A stretch of 64,000 nt of DNA from Schizochytrium sp. TIO01 (lineage: Eukaryota > Protista > Bigyra: Labyrinthulomycetes): positions 5,528,845-5,592,844 of the forward strand of contig SMSO01000014.1 in the NCBI GenBank assembly GCA_004764695.1, given 5' to 3'. A model generated the notes under the pieces. It had not been told where the DNA came from and ran no database searches. It worked only from the letters and a program-made list of their open reading frames with translations. Position numbers and translations under genes: made by a program. This document shows positions 1 through 10,400 of this stretch, one piece after another (the first letter of the stretch is position 1; every line of letters starts with the position of its first letter).

Positions 1-1
1 C

Positions 2-3000
2 TGGCAGTGGGCTCAACGTAAATTCCTCCCTACACCACGCAAGTTCCACTATGTGTTTAACATGCGTGACGTGAGTCGAGTATTTCAAGGTATCCTCCTT
101 TGTCCTAAGGAGACAGTCCTAAAGTGCGGCATCACATCCCCCAGTGAGGATCAAGCACTTACGTTGGTAAAGCTGTGGAAGCATGAGTGTGAGCGCGTGT
201 TCTGTGATAAGCTTGTTGACCAAACAGACAAGCTTCGTTATCTCGAACATGTTGCAATTGTACTTCAGGACAATTTTGGTGAGGCTCTTGCAACCAAGGC
301 AGCAATTCGCAGTGATTTACAAGATTCGCAACTGCTGCAACAGACGCATCATGAGACCATGAGTAGTGCTGGAAGTACAGTAGGTGATACAGATGACTTT
401 GACGCAGCTTCTAAAATGGACAATAGCTTAGGCATTGAAATTGTGAAGAAGTCAGCCGAACCCTTTGTCAATTTCCTGCGCGATGATATACTCGATCGGG
501 ATGGAGATATCCTTGAAAAGGCTCCAAAGGTCTACGAACACGGTGGGCGCCTGTCTTCCATTCGCGAGCGCGTGGCTGAGTTTATGCACAAGCAGAACAC
601 TGAGCAGCCCTCGAAGGCTCTCAAACTTGTTTTGTTTGATGATGCTCTGAACAACCTTTTGCGCATTTCCCGCATCATTAACATGCCAAGAGGCTCGGCA
701 CTCTTGGTTGGTGTTGGAGGCAGTGGTAAGCAGAGCTTGACCAAACTTGCTTCATACATTGCAGGATACGATCTGTTTAAGATCCGTCCAACCAAGACGT
801 ATAATGTAAACTCGCTGCTTGAAGACTTACGTGTTCTTTACCGAATTGCCGGCCAGGAGCGTCGAGATGTGACGTTCTTGTTTACAGATCAGGACATCAA
901 GGAGGAATCATTTCTCGAGGTACTCAATACCTTGCTCATGACTGGAGAAATTCCGGGACTCTTTTCTAAGGAGGATATGATCGGTCTTACTGCTGATCTT
1001 GAACAACATGCCTTACGCGAGCGTGGCCCCGAATTCGAGGTTACACCTGCAAGTTTAAGGCAGTTCTTCTTTGATAGCTGCCGCGATCGCTTACACGTGG
1101 TATTATGCATGTCCCCCGTTAATGTTCGTTTTGCCGAGCGTGCTCGCAAGTTCCCTGGGTTGATCAATTGCTGTACAATCAACTGGTTCCTGCGTTGGCC
1201 CGAGGCAGCACTAAAAGACGTTGCAAAGGGTCTCATTGGAACTTACCACCCTGGTAAGCATGGTATGTACCTCCGTGCTGAAGATGGATCAACACAGGAT
1301 GACCCTGCTGTACGCTCTAGTCTGATAATGTTTATGGGCTCGGTCCATCGGATTGTTGTGGATTCTTGTACTGAGTATGAGAAAAAGATGCGTCGGCAAG
1401 TATATCAAACGCCCAAATCCTATTTGTCGTTCATTGACACCTTCAAGGTTCAATATGAGGCTAAGCTTGCCAAGCTCCAAGAAAAGGAGGAGCGTATTAG
1501 CCTTGGTCTCGAAAAGCTAATTCAAGGTGCCGCAGATGTTGAAGAACTCAAGCTTGTGCTTGCGCGCGAGCAAGAGAAGCTTATGAAAGCCACCAAGGAA
1601 ACCAACCGCATGATTGGTGATCTCGAAACAAAGAGTCTTGAAGCAAAGAAGGAGCAGGATAAGGTAAATGTCATTAAAGCTGATTGCGAAGAGGACGCAG
1701 CACGTATTAAACTTGAAAAAGAGGCCTGCGAGCATGATCTTGCGCAGGCACAACCATTCCTTGACCAAGCCGAGAGTGCTATCAAGTCAATCAAGCCTGC
1801 ACACATCAATGAAGTGAAGAAGTTGGCTAAACCAAGTGACATTATTAAACTTGTCTTCGACGGTGTCCTGATTCTCTTCAAGGCCAAGCTGAACCCTGTC
1901 AAGGAGTGCACGTTGACTGTGAAGAAGCAACAAATATCTTTTGTTGAGCCTTCTTATACCAATGCACAGAAGATGATGGGCAGTGCATCCTTCCTGAAGG
2001 ACCTTCTCGAATTTTCCAAGTCTGGAAAAGATTTGATCAACGACGAGACGATCGAGTTCATGACACCTTACATTGAACTGGATAACTTCACCCCTACCGT
2101 AGCAAAAACTGCTTCTGCAGCTGCAGAGGGTCTTTGCACCTGGGTTCGCGCGATGAAGTCGTATCACGAGGCGTCTAAAATTGTTAAGCCTAAGCTTGAG
2201 GCCCTTTCTGTGGCCTCTTCTGAGCTGGAGACTGCGCAAACTAATCTTGATGCTGCTTCACAACGTTTAGAGGCATGCAAGCAAACTCTGCATGAGCTCC
2301 AGGAGACTTTCAATATCAAACTCCGTGAGAAGGCCAATATTGAGGAAGGCGCCAAGGTGCTTCAGAAGAAGATGACTCAGGCTGCATCCTTAATCAATGG
2401 TCTTGCAAATGAGCGCCGTCGTTGGAGCGAAGACAAAGCCATGTTTGCTGCCCAGAAGCGCCGCTTGGTCGGAGATGTTGCAGTATCATGTGCGTTTGTT
2501 TCATATTGCGGCGCCTTTAACCAAGAATTCCGTGAGGAACTTGTTCAACGCAAGTTAGTTCGCGAGGCTTCGTCCCTTGGCGTCCCTGTGTCGACGGAGG
2601 TAAATCCGATTTCGTTCCTTGTAGATGCAGCTACTGTTGGAGATTGGAGCCTGGATGGATTACCTTCAGATCCATTGAGTGTCCAAAACGGTATCCTTGT
2701 AACACAGAGCTCAAGATATCCACTATTGATCGATCCTCAAGGTCAAGCTCTGAACTGGCTCGTACGTATGGAGACAAGAGCAAACCGCATGCCCAGCTTT
2801 GGGGTGGTGCAAATGAACTCGCCCAAGCTGCGCGAGCACCTCGAGATGGCCATGAGTGAAGGCCTTGCTTTCATCGTAGCTGGTGTCGAAGAAGAACTTG
2901 ATCCAATGCTTGATCCTGTTTTAGAAAAACAGGTTGTACGCAAGGGAAAGAGCCTCTATATTAATGTGGCTGATAAGGCGTGCGCATACCACCCTGCATT

Positions 3001-5941
3001 TAAGGCATTCTTCGTTTCACGCCTTCCAAACCCCCACTTTAGCCCCGAATTGCAAGCAAAGACGACGGTGGTGGACTTTACTGTAACTCTCAAGGGTCTG
3101 GAAGACCAGCTTCTTGACATTGTCATTGGCCGGGAACAGAAGGCTTTGCAAGATCAGCTCGAACAAGTCATTGAAGATGTAGCAGTGAATACAAAGCTTC
3201 TCATGTCTGAGAACGACAAGCTACTTTATAAGCTCACCTCGAACTCTGGCAGTCTGCTTGATGATGAGGAACTCGTTACAGTTTTGAAAAAGGTCAAAGA
3301 GACAGCTGAGACTGTAACAGCAAAGTTACGAGACGCAGAAGAAACTCGGGTGTCCATTAATGAAAAGAGAGAGCAATACCGCCCCGTCGCCACACGTGGT
3401 GCAGTTCTCTACTTTAGTATTGTTGAATGCTCAGCTCTAAACTGCATGTATCAAACAAGTCTGCAGCAGTTCAATGGCCTGTTCTTAAAGTCTACACTAG
3501 AGGAATACGCACCACGCAATGCTTCTGTACACAAGCGTGTCAACAACATTATCGAAGCCTTGACATACTTGACATACCGCTACATTAATCGTGGGTTCTA
3601 TGAGAAAGATAAGTTGACTTTTGTCCTTGTTGTGACAATGAAAGTACTTCTTGTAGCTGGTGAATTGACTTCTCGGGACATGTTTGCATTCTTTCGAGGA
3701 GCTTCTGCCGTTGATTCGGAGAAGCTTGCAAAGAAGAAGCCTGCATGGATTCCAGAGCCCACCTGGATGAGTGTCAATGCACTGGCTCAGCTGGTTCCCT
3801 TCTTTCGGACATTGCCCGAGGATATTGTCAAGAGTGAACCAATGTGGAAGATGTGGTTTGAGAATCCTCGGCCCGAAACCCTCACTGTCCCAGATTACGA
3901 AGACCGATTTGAGGCAAGTAGCTTGGGTGCAGGTCCTTGGAATAAACTACAGATCATTCGTGCAATGCGAGTAGATCGTATGACCCAAGCAGTTCGTAAC
4001 TTCATCCGTGCTGTCCCTGCTATGGGAGCACGCTATGTTGATCCCGTCACGGATACCATTGAAACCGTGTATGACGACTCTGACTACACTACACCTATTA
4101 TTTACCTTCTCAGTGTTGGTGCAGATCCAACAGATGCAATCCAGCAGATTGGTGCAAAGAAGAAGCGCCCTGTAAGCGCTGTTTCCATGGGCCAAGGCCA
4201 AGAGCCTGTGGCACTGAAGGCTCTTGACAGTGCTATGCGCTCTGGCGGCTGGGCACTCTTGCAAAATTGTGATCTTGGCCTGAACTTCATGTCCAGTTTG
4301 GAAGAGACTCTTAAGACAATGTGGGCAAAGTCTTGGGACGACCAGGATGCTCTTCGTGCAAGCCGTGTTTTTCTCACCGCAGCTCCTAATGAGCATTTTC
4401 CTCTTGGTATTCTGCAAATGGGCATCAAGGTCACTAACGAGGCCCCGAACGGCATTCGTGCTGGAATGCTTCGTGCCTTCTCAACCTTGGTTGATCAGGA
4501 TCGTATCGACAGAGTTGATGCTCCTGTATGGCGTCAACTATTGTATACTCTTTGCTTTTTGCACTGTACAATGGCTGAACGTCGCAAGTTTGGCCCGCTC
4601 GGCTGGTCTGTGCCCTATGAGTTTTCTGCGGGCGATTTGGTGGCTTCTGTTGGTTATCTCGAAAAGGCTCTTTATGCTTCCTCTACAACTAGTGTCGCAT
4701 GGCCTGCACTCGCATACATTGTTGGTGAGTGCGTGTATGGTGGCAAGATTACTGACGGTCTTGACCGTCGTCTCATGACTACCTACGCTACAGCGTGGCT
4801 TAATGAGCGGGTTTTGTCTGCTGACTTCCGTTTCAACGAGACTGATGTCGTTGAGGATAACTTCAACTACTCGGTTTGCGACAAGCAGGAACATGCGGAC
4901 TATCTCCGTCACATTCAGGCTCTTCCTGAAGAGGAATCAGCCGGCGTGTTTGGGCTTCATCCAAACGCAGAACTAAAACACCGCCTATTAGCGGCGGGTC
5001 ACTTAATCGATGCTGTAGCCTCTACACAGCCAGGTATGGGATCAGTTGCTACGGCTGGTTCAGGATCAGTGGAAGAAGCCACCAAGGACCGCTGCAACGA
5101 GCTTCTTGGGTCCATGCCGAACGCTGACTTCTCTATGGAGATTGTTACATCAATCATCAATGAGAAGCGTGGTGGCTTTTCCGAGCCTCTCAATGTCGTT
5201 CTTTCACAGGAATGCTCTCTTCTTCAGCGCGTGGTTGACATGGCTCGCTACGATCTTGTGCAGTTGGTGCAAGCTGTCGATGGAGAAATTACATTGACAG
5301 AGACTTTGGCAACTGCAATGCAGGCCGTAAGAAATGGATCTGTACCTCGTCACTGGCTATACACTGTTGCGGGCGATTTGCGTTCCTGGATGGCAACCTC
5401 AATTACTTCATGGTTTGAGACCTTGAGCAGTCGCCATCACCAGCTTAGCGTTTGGCTAAATAATGGCCAGCCTGCCAGCTTCTGGCTTGCTGGCTTGCAA
5501 AATAAAAAGGCATTTATCACTGCAACGCTGCAAGCGGTTGCAAGGGCACATCGGGATGAAGAGTGGGCCCTTGATGACGTGGTAGTGTACGCAGAAGTAT
5601 CTGACATCGCTTCATCAGATGCCGCCAAGGCCCCGCCGAAGGAAGGCGTATTTGTCCACGGCCTCTTTTTGGAGGGTGCACGCTGGGCAAAGTCTGGCTT
5701 GACAGAATCTGAGCCTAAACAGCTATTTGCTCCCATGCCTCTAGTTTACCTCACGGCTACCACTGTAGCACAGAAAATGGCTGCACGTGCAAGTACGGCT
5801 GTGTATGAGTGCCCCCTTTACACGTACCCTCGCCGCACAGGCCAACATCTCGTTACTATTATCGACCTTCCAGCAGGTGCCGCATCTCCTGAACACTGGA
5901 TTCTTCGTGGCGTTGCGCTCCTCTGTAACCAAGATGTCTAA
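2..5941 (+). CDS. Axonemal dynein heavy chain, outer-arm gamma/DNAH5-DNAH8 type (5'-partial: end of AAA3, AAA4, stalk/MTBD, AAA5, AAA6, C-terminal domain)
   Basis: Frame is open from base 2 (WQWAQRKFLPTPRKFHYVFNMRD). AAA4 P-loop LLVGVGGSGKQSLTKLA, FPGLINCCTINWF, stalk AAEGLCTWVRAM, AAA5 YPLLIDPQGQA and RLPNPHFSPE, AAA6 SMGQGQ and ERRKFGPLGW, C-terminal EGVFVHGLFLEGARW and HWILRGVALLC. No introns. Confidence 0.96.
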   Translation, partial: WQWAQRKFLPTPRKFHYVFNMRDVSRVFQGILLCPKETVLKCGITSPSEDQALTLVKLWKHECERVFCDKLVDQTDKLRYLEHVAIVLQDNFGEALATKAAIRSDLQDSQLLQQTHHETMSSAGSTVGDTDDFDAASKMDNSLGIEIVKKSAEPFVNFLRDDILDRDGDILEKAPKVYEHGGRLSSIRERVAEFMHKQNTEQPSKALKLVLFDDALNNLLRISRIINMPRGSALLVGVGGSGKQSLTKLASYIAGYDLFKIRPTKTYNVNSLLEDLRVLYRIAGQERRDVTFLFTDQDIKEESFLEVLNTLLMTGEIPGLFSKEDMIGLTADLEQHALRERGPEFEVTPASLRQFFFDSCRDRLHVVLCMSPVNVRFAERARKFPGLINCCTINWFLRWPEAALKDVAKGLIGTYHPGKHGMYLRAEDGSTQDDPAVRSSLIMFMGSVHRIVVDSCTEYEKKMRRQVYQTPKSYLSFIDTFKVQYEAKLAKLQEKEERISLGLEKLIQGAADVEELKLVLAREQEKLMKATKETNRMIGDLETKSLEAKKEQDKVNVIKADCEEDAARIKLEKEACEHDLAQAQPFLDQAESAIKSIKPAHINEVKKLAKPSDIIKLVFDGVLILFKAKLNPVKECTLTVKKQQISFVEPSYTNAQKMMGSASFLKDLLEFSKSGKDLINDETIEFMTPYIELDNFTPTVAKTASAAAEGLCTWVRAMKSYHEASKIVKPKLEALSVASSELETAQTNLDAASQRLEACKQTLHELQETFNIKLREKANIEEGAKVLQKKMTQAASLINGLANERRRWSEDKAMFAAQKRRLVGDVAVSCAFVSYCGAFNQEFREELVQRKLVREASSLGVPVSTEVNPISFLVDAATVGDWSLDGLPSDPLSVQNGILVTQSSRYPLLIDPQGQALNWLVRMETRANRMPSFGVVQMNSPKLREHLEMAMSEGLAFIVAGVEEELDPMLDPVLEKQVVRKGKSLYINVADKACAYHPAFKAFFVSRLPNPHFSPELQAKTTVVDFTVTLKGLEDQLLDIVIGREQKALQDQLEQVIEDVAVNTKLLMSENDKLLYKLTSNSGSLLDDEELVTVLKKVKETAETVTAKLRDAEETRVSINEKREQYRPVATRGAVLYFSIVECSALNCMYQTSLQQFNGLFLKSTLEEYAPRNASVHKRVNNIIEALTYLTYRYINRGFYEKDKLTFVLVVTMKVLLVAGELTSRDMFAFFRGASAVDSEKLAKKKPAWIPEPTWMSVNALAQLVPFFRTLPEDIVKSEPMWKMWFENPRPETLTVPDYEDRFEASSLGAGPWNKLQIIRAMRVDRMTQAVRNFIRAVPAMGARYVDPVTDTIETVYDDSDYTTPIIYLLSVGADPTDAIQQIGAKKKRPVSAVSMGQGQEPVALKALDSAMRSGGWALLQNCDLGLNFMSSLEETLKTMWAKSWDDQDALRASRVFLTAAPNEHFPLGILQMGIKVTNEAPNGIRAGMLRAFSTLVDQDRIDRVDAPVWRQLLYTLCFLHCTMAERRKFGPLGWSVPYEFSAGDLVASVGYLEKALYASSTTSVAWPALAYIVGECVYGGKITDGLDRRLMTTYATAWLNERVLSADFRFNETDVVEDNFNYSVCDKQEHADYLRHIQALPEEESAGVFGLHPNAELKHRLLAAGHLIDAVASTQPGMGSVATAGSGSVEEATKDRCNELLGSMPNADFSMEIVTSIINEKRGGFSEPLNVVLSQECSLLQRVVDMARYDLVQLVQAVDGEITLTETLATAMQAVRNGSVPRHWLYTVAGDLRSWMATSITSWFETLSSRHHQLSVWLNNGQPASFWLAGLQNKKAFITATLQAVARAHRDEEWALDDVVVYAEVSDIASSDAAKAPPKEGVFVHGLFLEGARWAKSGLTESEPKQLFAPMPLVYLTATTVAQKMAARASTAVYECPLYTYPRRTGQHLVTIIDLPAGAASPEHWILRGVALLCNQDV

Positions 5942-6340
5942 ATAGTTCAGGTTGCACGAATATTTTATAGATTGAAAAAGAAAAGAACAACAATTAATTA
6001 AAAATAAAGAATTGAACAATCTTATCAACTCTCCAGCGACTAGTATTGATCATGTCCGCTCAATGGTGAACACTGTAGTTTTAGAAATCTTATTGAAGAA
6101 CCCATTTAAAACTTCAAGTTAAAAGTGAATGAATGCATCTGGTAAGATTGTTATTCGTCCAGCCAATGTCCTTCGGTCCAGCGCAAGTATTCGGAAAGTT
6201 CAGCTGCTGGTTGCGTTCTAAACATTGAGTACATGGCACATCAGCCGACCTCAATAGTTCCGTCGACTCCAACCACTTCGTTGCTCCTTGCGTTTATAAT
6301 GTAGCTGATGAAGTATTAGGGTAGGCATTGTTTTTAATTC

Positions 6341-6374
6341 GCAATAGCTCGCCTGTTGCAATAGCTCGCCTGTT
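6341..6374. repeat. Tandem duplication of a 17-bp unit (GCAATAGCTCGCCTGTT x2)
   Basis: Two exact adjacent copies read directly. Confidence 0.9.
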
Positions 6375-7262
6375 GATTGCTAAGGCGTCGCAATATGTTG
6401 CAATATCGCTAGGTGTGCACTGACATTTCGTGGCATTGAATGTCTCGCGTGCAGAATGCCTCAGTCATCATAATAGAATTACAAAGCAGGACTGCACTAC
6501 TTCACGCCCTAAAGTCATCCTTGTCATCGACTCGTTGATGTAGATGTACTTTCTAGTTAAAAAAACCAACAAGATCATGGTGGCTCGTCACTGCTTGCTC
6601 GAAAGTACCGACTGATTCCTCATGTCGAACTGGTGTGAACGAGACATCATAGACACCATGACAGAGATGCATCTTAAATACGATTGGCCTACTTGAATCC
6701 TTGCTGGCTGGCAGGTTGAGATCTTCTAGGTTTATGGAAAGATCCTTCTCAGAAGTTCATGGGATTCACACAACTTGAAGGCGTCAACCCTCTGACTAAG
6801 AAAGTTGACTCGAGTCTTCCTCGTGCAGGGAAGTAAGTACCTTATCATCCTTCTGTGCCAGAGATGCCTCGCCTAAACTATGTGGAGTAAATAAAATCCA
6901 AAGCCTACCCACAGCTCAATACCGGAACCTTCGTGAAGTACCCAGTTTGCGCACAATCGTGGCACGTGTTCATAGTGGACAATAAGGAACGCAATGGCCT
7001 CTCCTCTCCTTCGAATGGCCTACAGTTAACCACAGCCCAGACAAGCGACAGAGGGGCCTGCATAATTTAACACCACAGCTATCCTGTTGTGAGGAGGAGC
7101 AACTTCCATCAGCAATTTCGCCCTCTCAGGGCCCTCCCAGTGTGTGTAAGCGGAGTTCCTCCTTGTGGAAGGGGGCGCACATTAAATGCACCCACTTTCA
7201 GCAGAGGCGATTTTGAATAGTAAGAAGGTACTATTGCATATTTTTGAAGTTGAAAGAGCGCG

Positions 7263-7310
7263 AAATTCAAATTCAAATTCAAATTCAAATTCAAATTCAA
7301 ATTCAAATTG
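7263..7310. repeat. (AAATTC)7 + AAATTG hexanucleotide microsatellite
   Basis: Read directly; lies ~110 bp upstream of the PKD1-like gene. Confidence 0.95.
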
Positions 7311-7421
7311 AAACTCGAGGCCAGATTAGAATCAATCGTTGAATTGGATTCCCTCACTGCTTGGTTGGGGGTTCGACCAAGTCAGATCCACCGTCACAGC
7401 TCGAAGGCCGCTGCTGCCGCG

Positions 7422-10400
7422 ATGAGGCAGGTGCGATGCCAAGATGGCGCGGGCGCTGGCCGCGACGATGCGGCTTCAGAAAGTAGAGCTGGCGCTGGAG
7501 TTGGGCGGAGAAGGCGGAGACGGAGGACGGCGAGCCTTCCGGAGAGCGTGAAGATGCACGGCATGGGGATGCTCGCGACGCTGGTGCTTGTTTTGCTGTT
7601 CGCGCCGGTGCGAGGCAGTAATGTGTTCACGATGGATTGCCAAGGAGGCGTGCACATCTGGACTGGTGGTAATATGGAGGTGAATTTAAACGTGAAAGGC
7701 GTCATGGACGCTGTCAATACCGTTGGTGAACAGTGGCTGGAGAGAGCTCAATGTGCTTGCCCTGATGCCGCCGATGAAGAGGAGCTGGTGAGACGGTTTG
7801 TGCCTTCACTGGAGTTTTTCTTATCCGGATTCACACATCAGGATGCGGGCAACGGAACATACGCAGTGGACCCTATTACTCAGGTAAACAGCTGTGCGAG
7901 CGGTAGTGGGCACATCGACGGGGTAGAGGCGATCTTCAATGCTGTCAGCTCTGCATTTCAAGCTGATAGGCGGGGCAATCGTCTCGACGGCATCGCCATG
8001 GCTCCTACCTGCACATATGAAACCCTGATGAGTGGCCAAGGGTTGCCAATTCACATTGCAAGGTATGCAGAACAATTCTTGGCTCAAAGATACAGAGTCT
8101 TATCTCGAAGTGGTACTTGATAAATGTGACGATTCACTTGTTTGGCCATTTGTTTCTGTCCAGTGTAACGGGCCTGGGTGCAATGAAGTATTTGTACAGC
8201 CTTGCGACACAGATAGCGACTGCACTTCAGACTACCAGACTTGCAGGGGATTTTTTGGAACCAACACATCCGAGTTTTTGAACCTTATGACCAAACTACG
8301 TTTCACGGATGGCTTAAATGTAAACGAATGTGCAGAATCTGGGTATGACACTTTAAACTCTGCGTTTGCAAAAGTCATTCTCGAAAATATACTTGGCGCC
8401 ACTAGTGCATCTGTAGATCCACTCAGCTTCAAGACATGCACTGGGACATTTTACGAATTCGCAGACTTCGCGCGGCAAACTTTCCTGGAATCGGATAGCA
8501 GTGACAGCTCTAGTTCAGATATTGATCTGTCGTTCCTGACTCCGTTCGCAGGAAAGCAAGTCTTCACAAACATCTCTGACCCGAGTATCCTTTTAGATGG
8601 TTTCGATGTTGCTGCATGCGCCGCTCAAGGGTGCCATCCTAGCCATCTAGGCGACGGCTACTGCAATCCACTTTGCAACATACCCGAATGCCTTTATGAC
8701 GGAAATGAGTGTGCAAACTGCGCTTGTGTCTCCGGGACTGACTTCAGTAGCTGCAATCGCAATCTCTCTGGATCAGGTTTCTTTTATGTGGACTACAATG
8801 GCAACTATCTAGCATCAACATTTCCCGCAGCTAGCCCTTCAGATGATGCATGTTCAGTAGACACAAGCGGGCTTGGTACGCCTTGGGAAATCTCAAACTC
8901 CAGTTGTACAATCACTCCGGATCCGACGTACTCTTCTCCCGAGTGGTTCTGTTCGATTGATGGTGCGCTTGAACCTAGCGCAGAAACCTTGTTTTTTCCT
9001 ATCAACAATAGCTATGATGCCTTCGATTGTATGGAAGGGGATTATCGTTTCGCTAGACAGCGCACCTGCATTTGCGCCTTCCCAGCTGACCTTGCAATGT
9101 GCAACAACGGTTTAAGCATTCCGTGGGACGGTTACAGTATTGCCTCTAGAATCTCATTCCTTGGACTTAACGTAAGTGCAGATTACTGCGGAGAAATTTT
9201 AGTTATAGAAGACTGCCCGTATGCCCATATCGTCACTGTAGAGCCTACGGAAGGTCTCCTCGGACCTCTCGAAAAAGACCCAAGTACATTTGATAAAAAT
9301 GGAGATAGTCTCTTCACCCCTGAGATTGCACCAGAGGAAACCAATGTACTGTACACCACCTGTGACGGAACTCTTGTGTTTAACTTGTTTAATCCGTTCT
9401 TCTCATTCGGCATTTCTATGCCGCGATTGAATACAGTTCCTCTCTTATTGGAAAGATGCTGTACGTGTTGTCGACATGTGTGCTTCAATGAACTATTTTG
9501 AACCCACCTCGGACAACGCCACTGTTGCCTTTGACTTTTGGAAACCTGCATTTTGGCTTGAGACCCTTATGCCTGGAGACTATTTAAATGTGCGTGCTGA
9601 GACGAACCAGTCTCTTGGAGGATACTTTGCCGTAACCGAGCCTATGACGTTTCCTAATGCAAATTCTCTCACAGTCGAGAACCTCCTAGCCGGACCTCTC
9701 GAGCCGGTTCGCTTTACTTTGAAATATCTCGCTGACCTCTTTGATGTATCATCATTCCAGATGAATGTCGAGGTCGACACCTGCAATACGGACACGTTCG
9801 CCTCAGAGCTCTCTCAACTCAAAATTGCGATCGATGCGCCTTTCATTTTTGATGTTGTGAATGGTCTCAGCAGTTGCTCCGACACTTTGCTGGATACTTG
9901 TCCCGGTACTACAGAGAATTTTTTTTGTGCGAATTTTACTGATTTGCTCGTAAATTTGGTTGGATCTTTGGATGAGTTCGAAGCAGGCTTTTTCAATGTT
10001 TTTGTTTGGAGAGAGGCGGCAGGGCCCGATACACTTTGCCAAAACGCAGACAATCGGTTTGTGCTTTTGTCGGCTCGTAAATTTCTCTTTGACCTGGTTT
10101 TCAGCAACGGGACCGCGTCTTCGACGTCTGTGCCATCTCAGACTGATCAGCTTCTACTTGCATGCATGCCTGGGTTCCTGCAAACGATTGATACACTTTT
10201 TGAGTGGGCCCAGGTTTCATGCGAGACATATTCAGGTACTTCATACACGTGTGCTGACGGTACAAGTGTTGACGATTGTGTAGCTCAGTGGTCTGACGTT
10301 GGAACTGTTACCACATGTGATGGGGTTGTATCGTCTGAACCATATACGAACTGTTCATATCCAATTTCTCAAAAATCAACTTGTGATACTAGCGTCTGCA

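Noticed and set aside
6480-6990. Coding-looking sequence between the dynein and PKD1-like genes
   Set aside because: Stops in the forward frames I translated and no recognisable motif; cannot support a pseudogene call.
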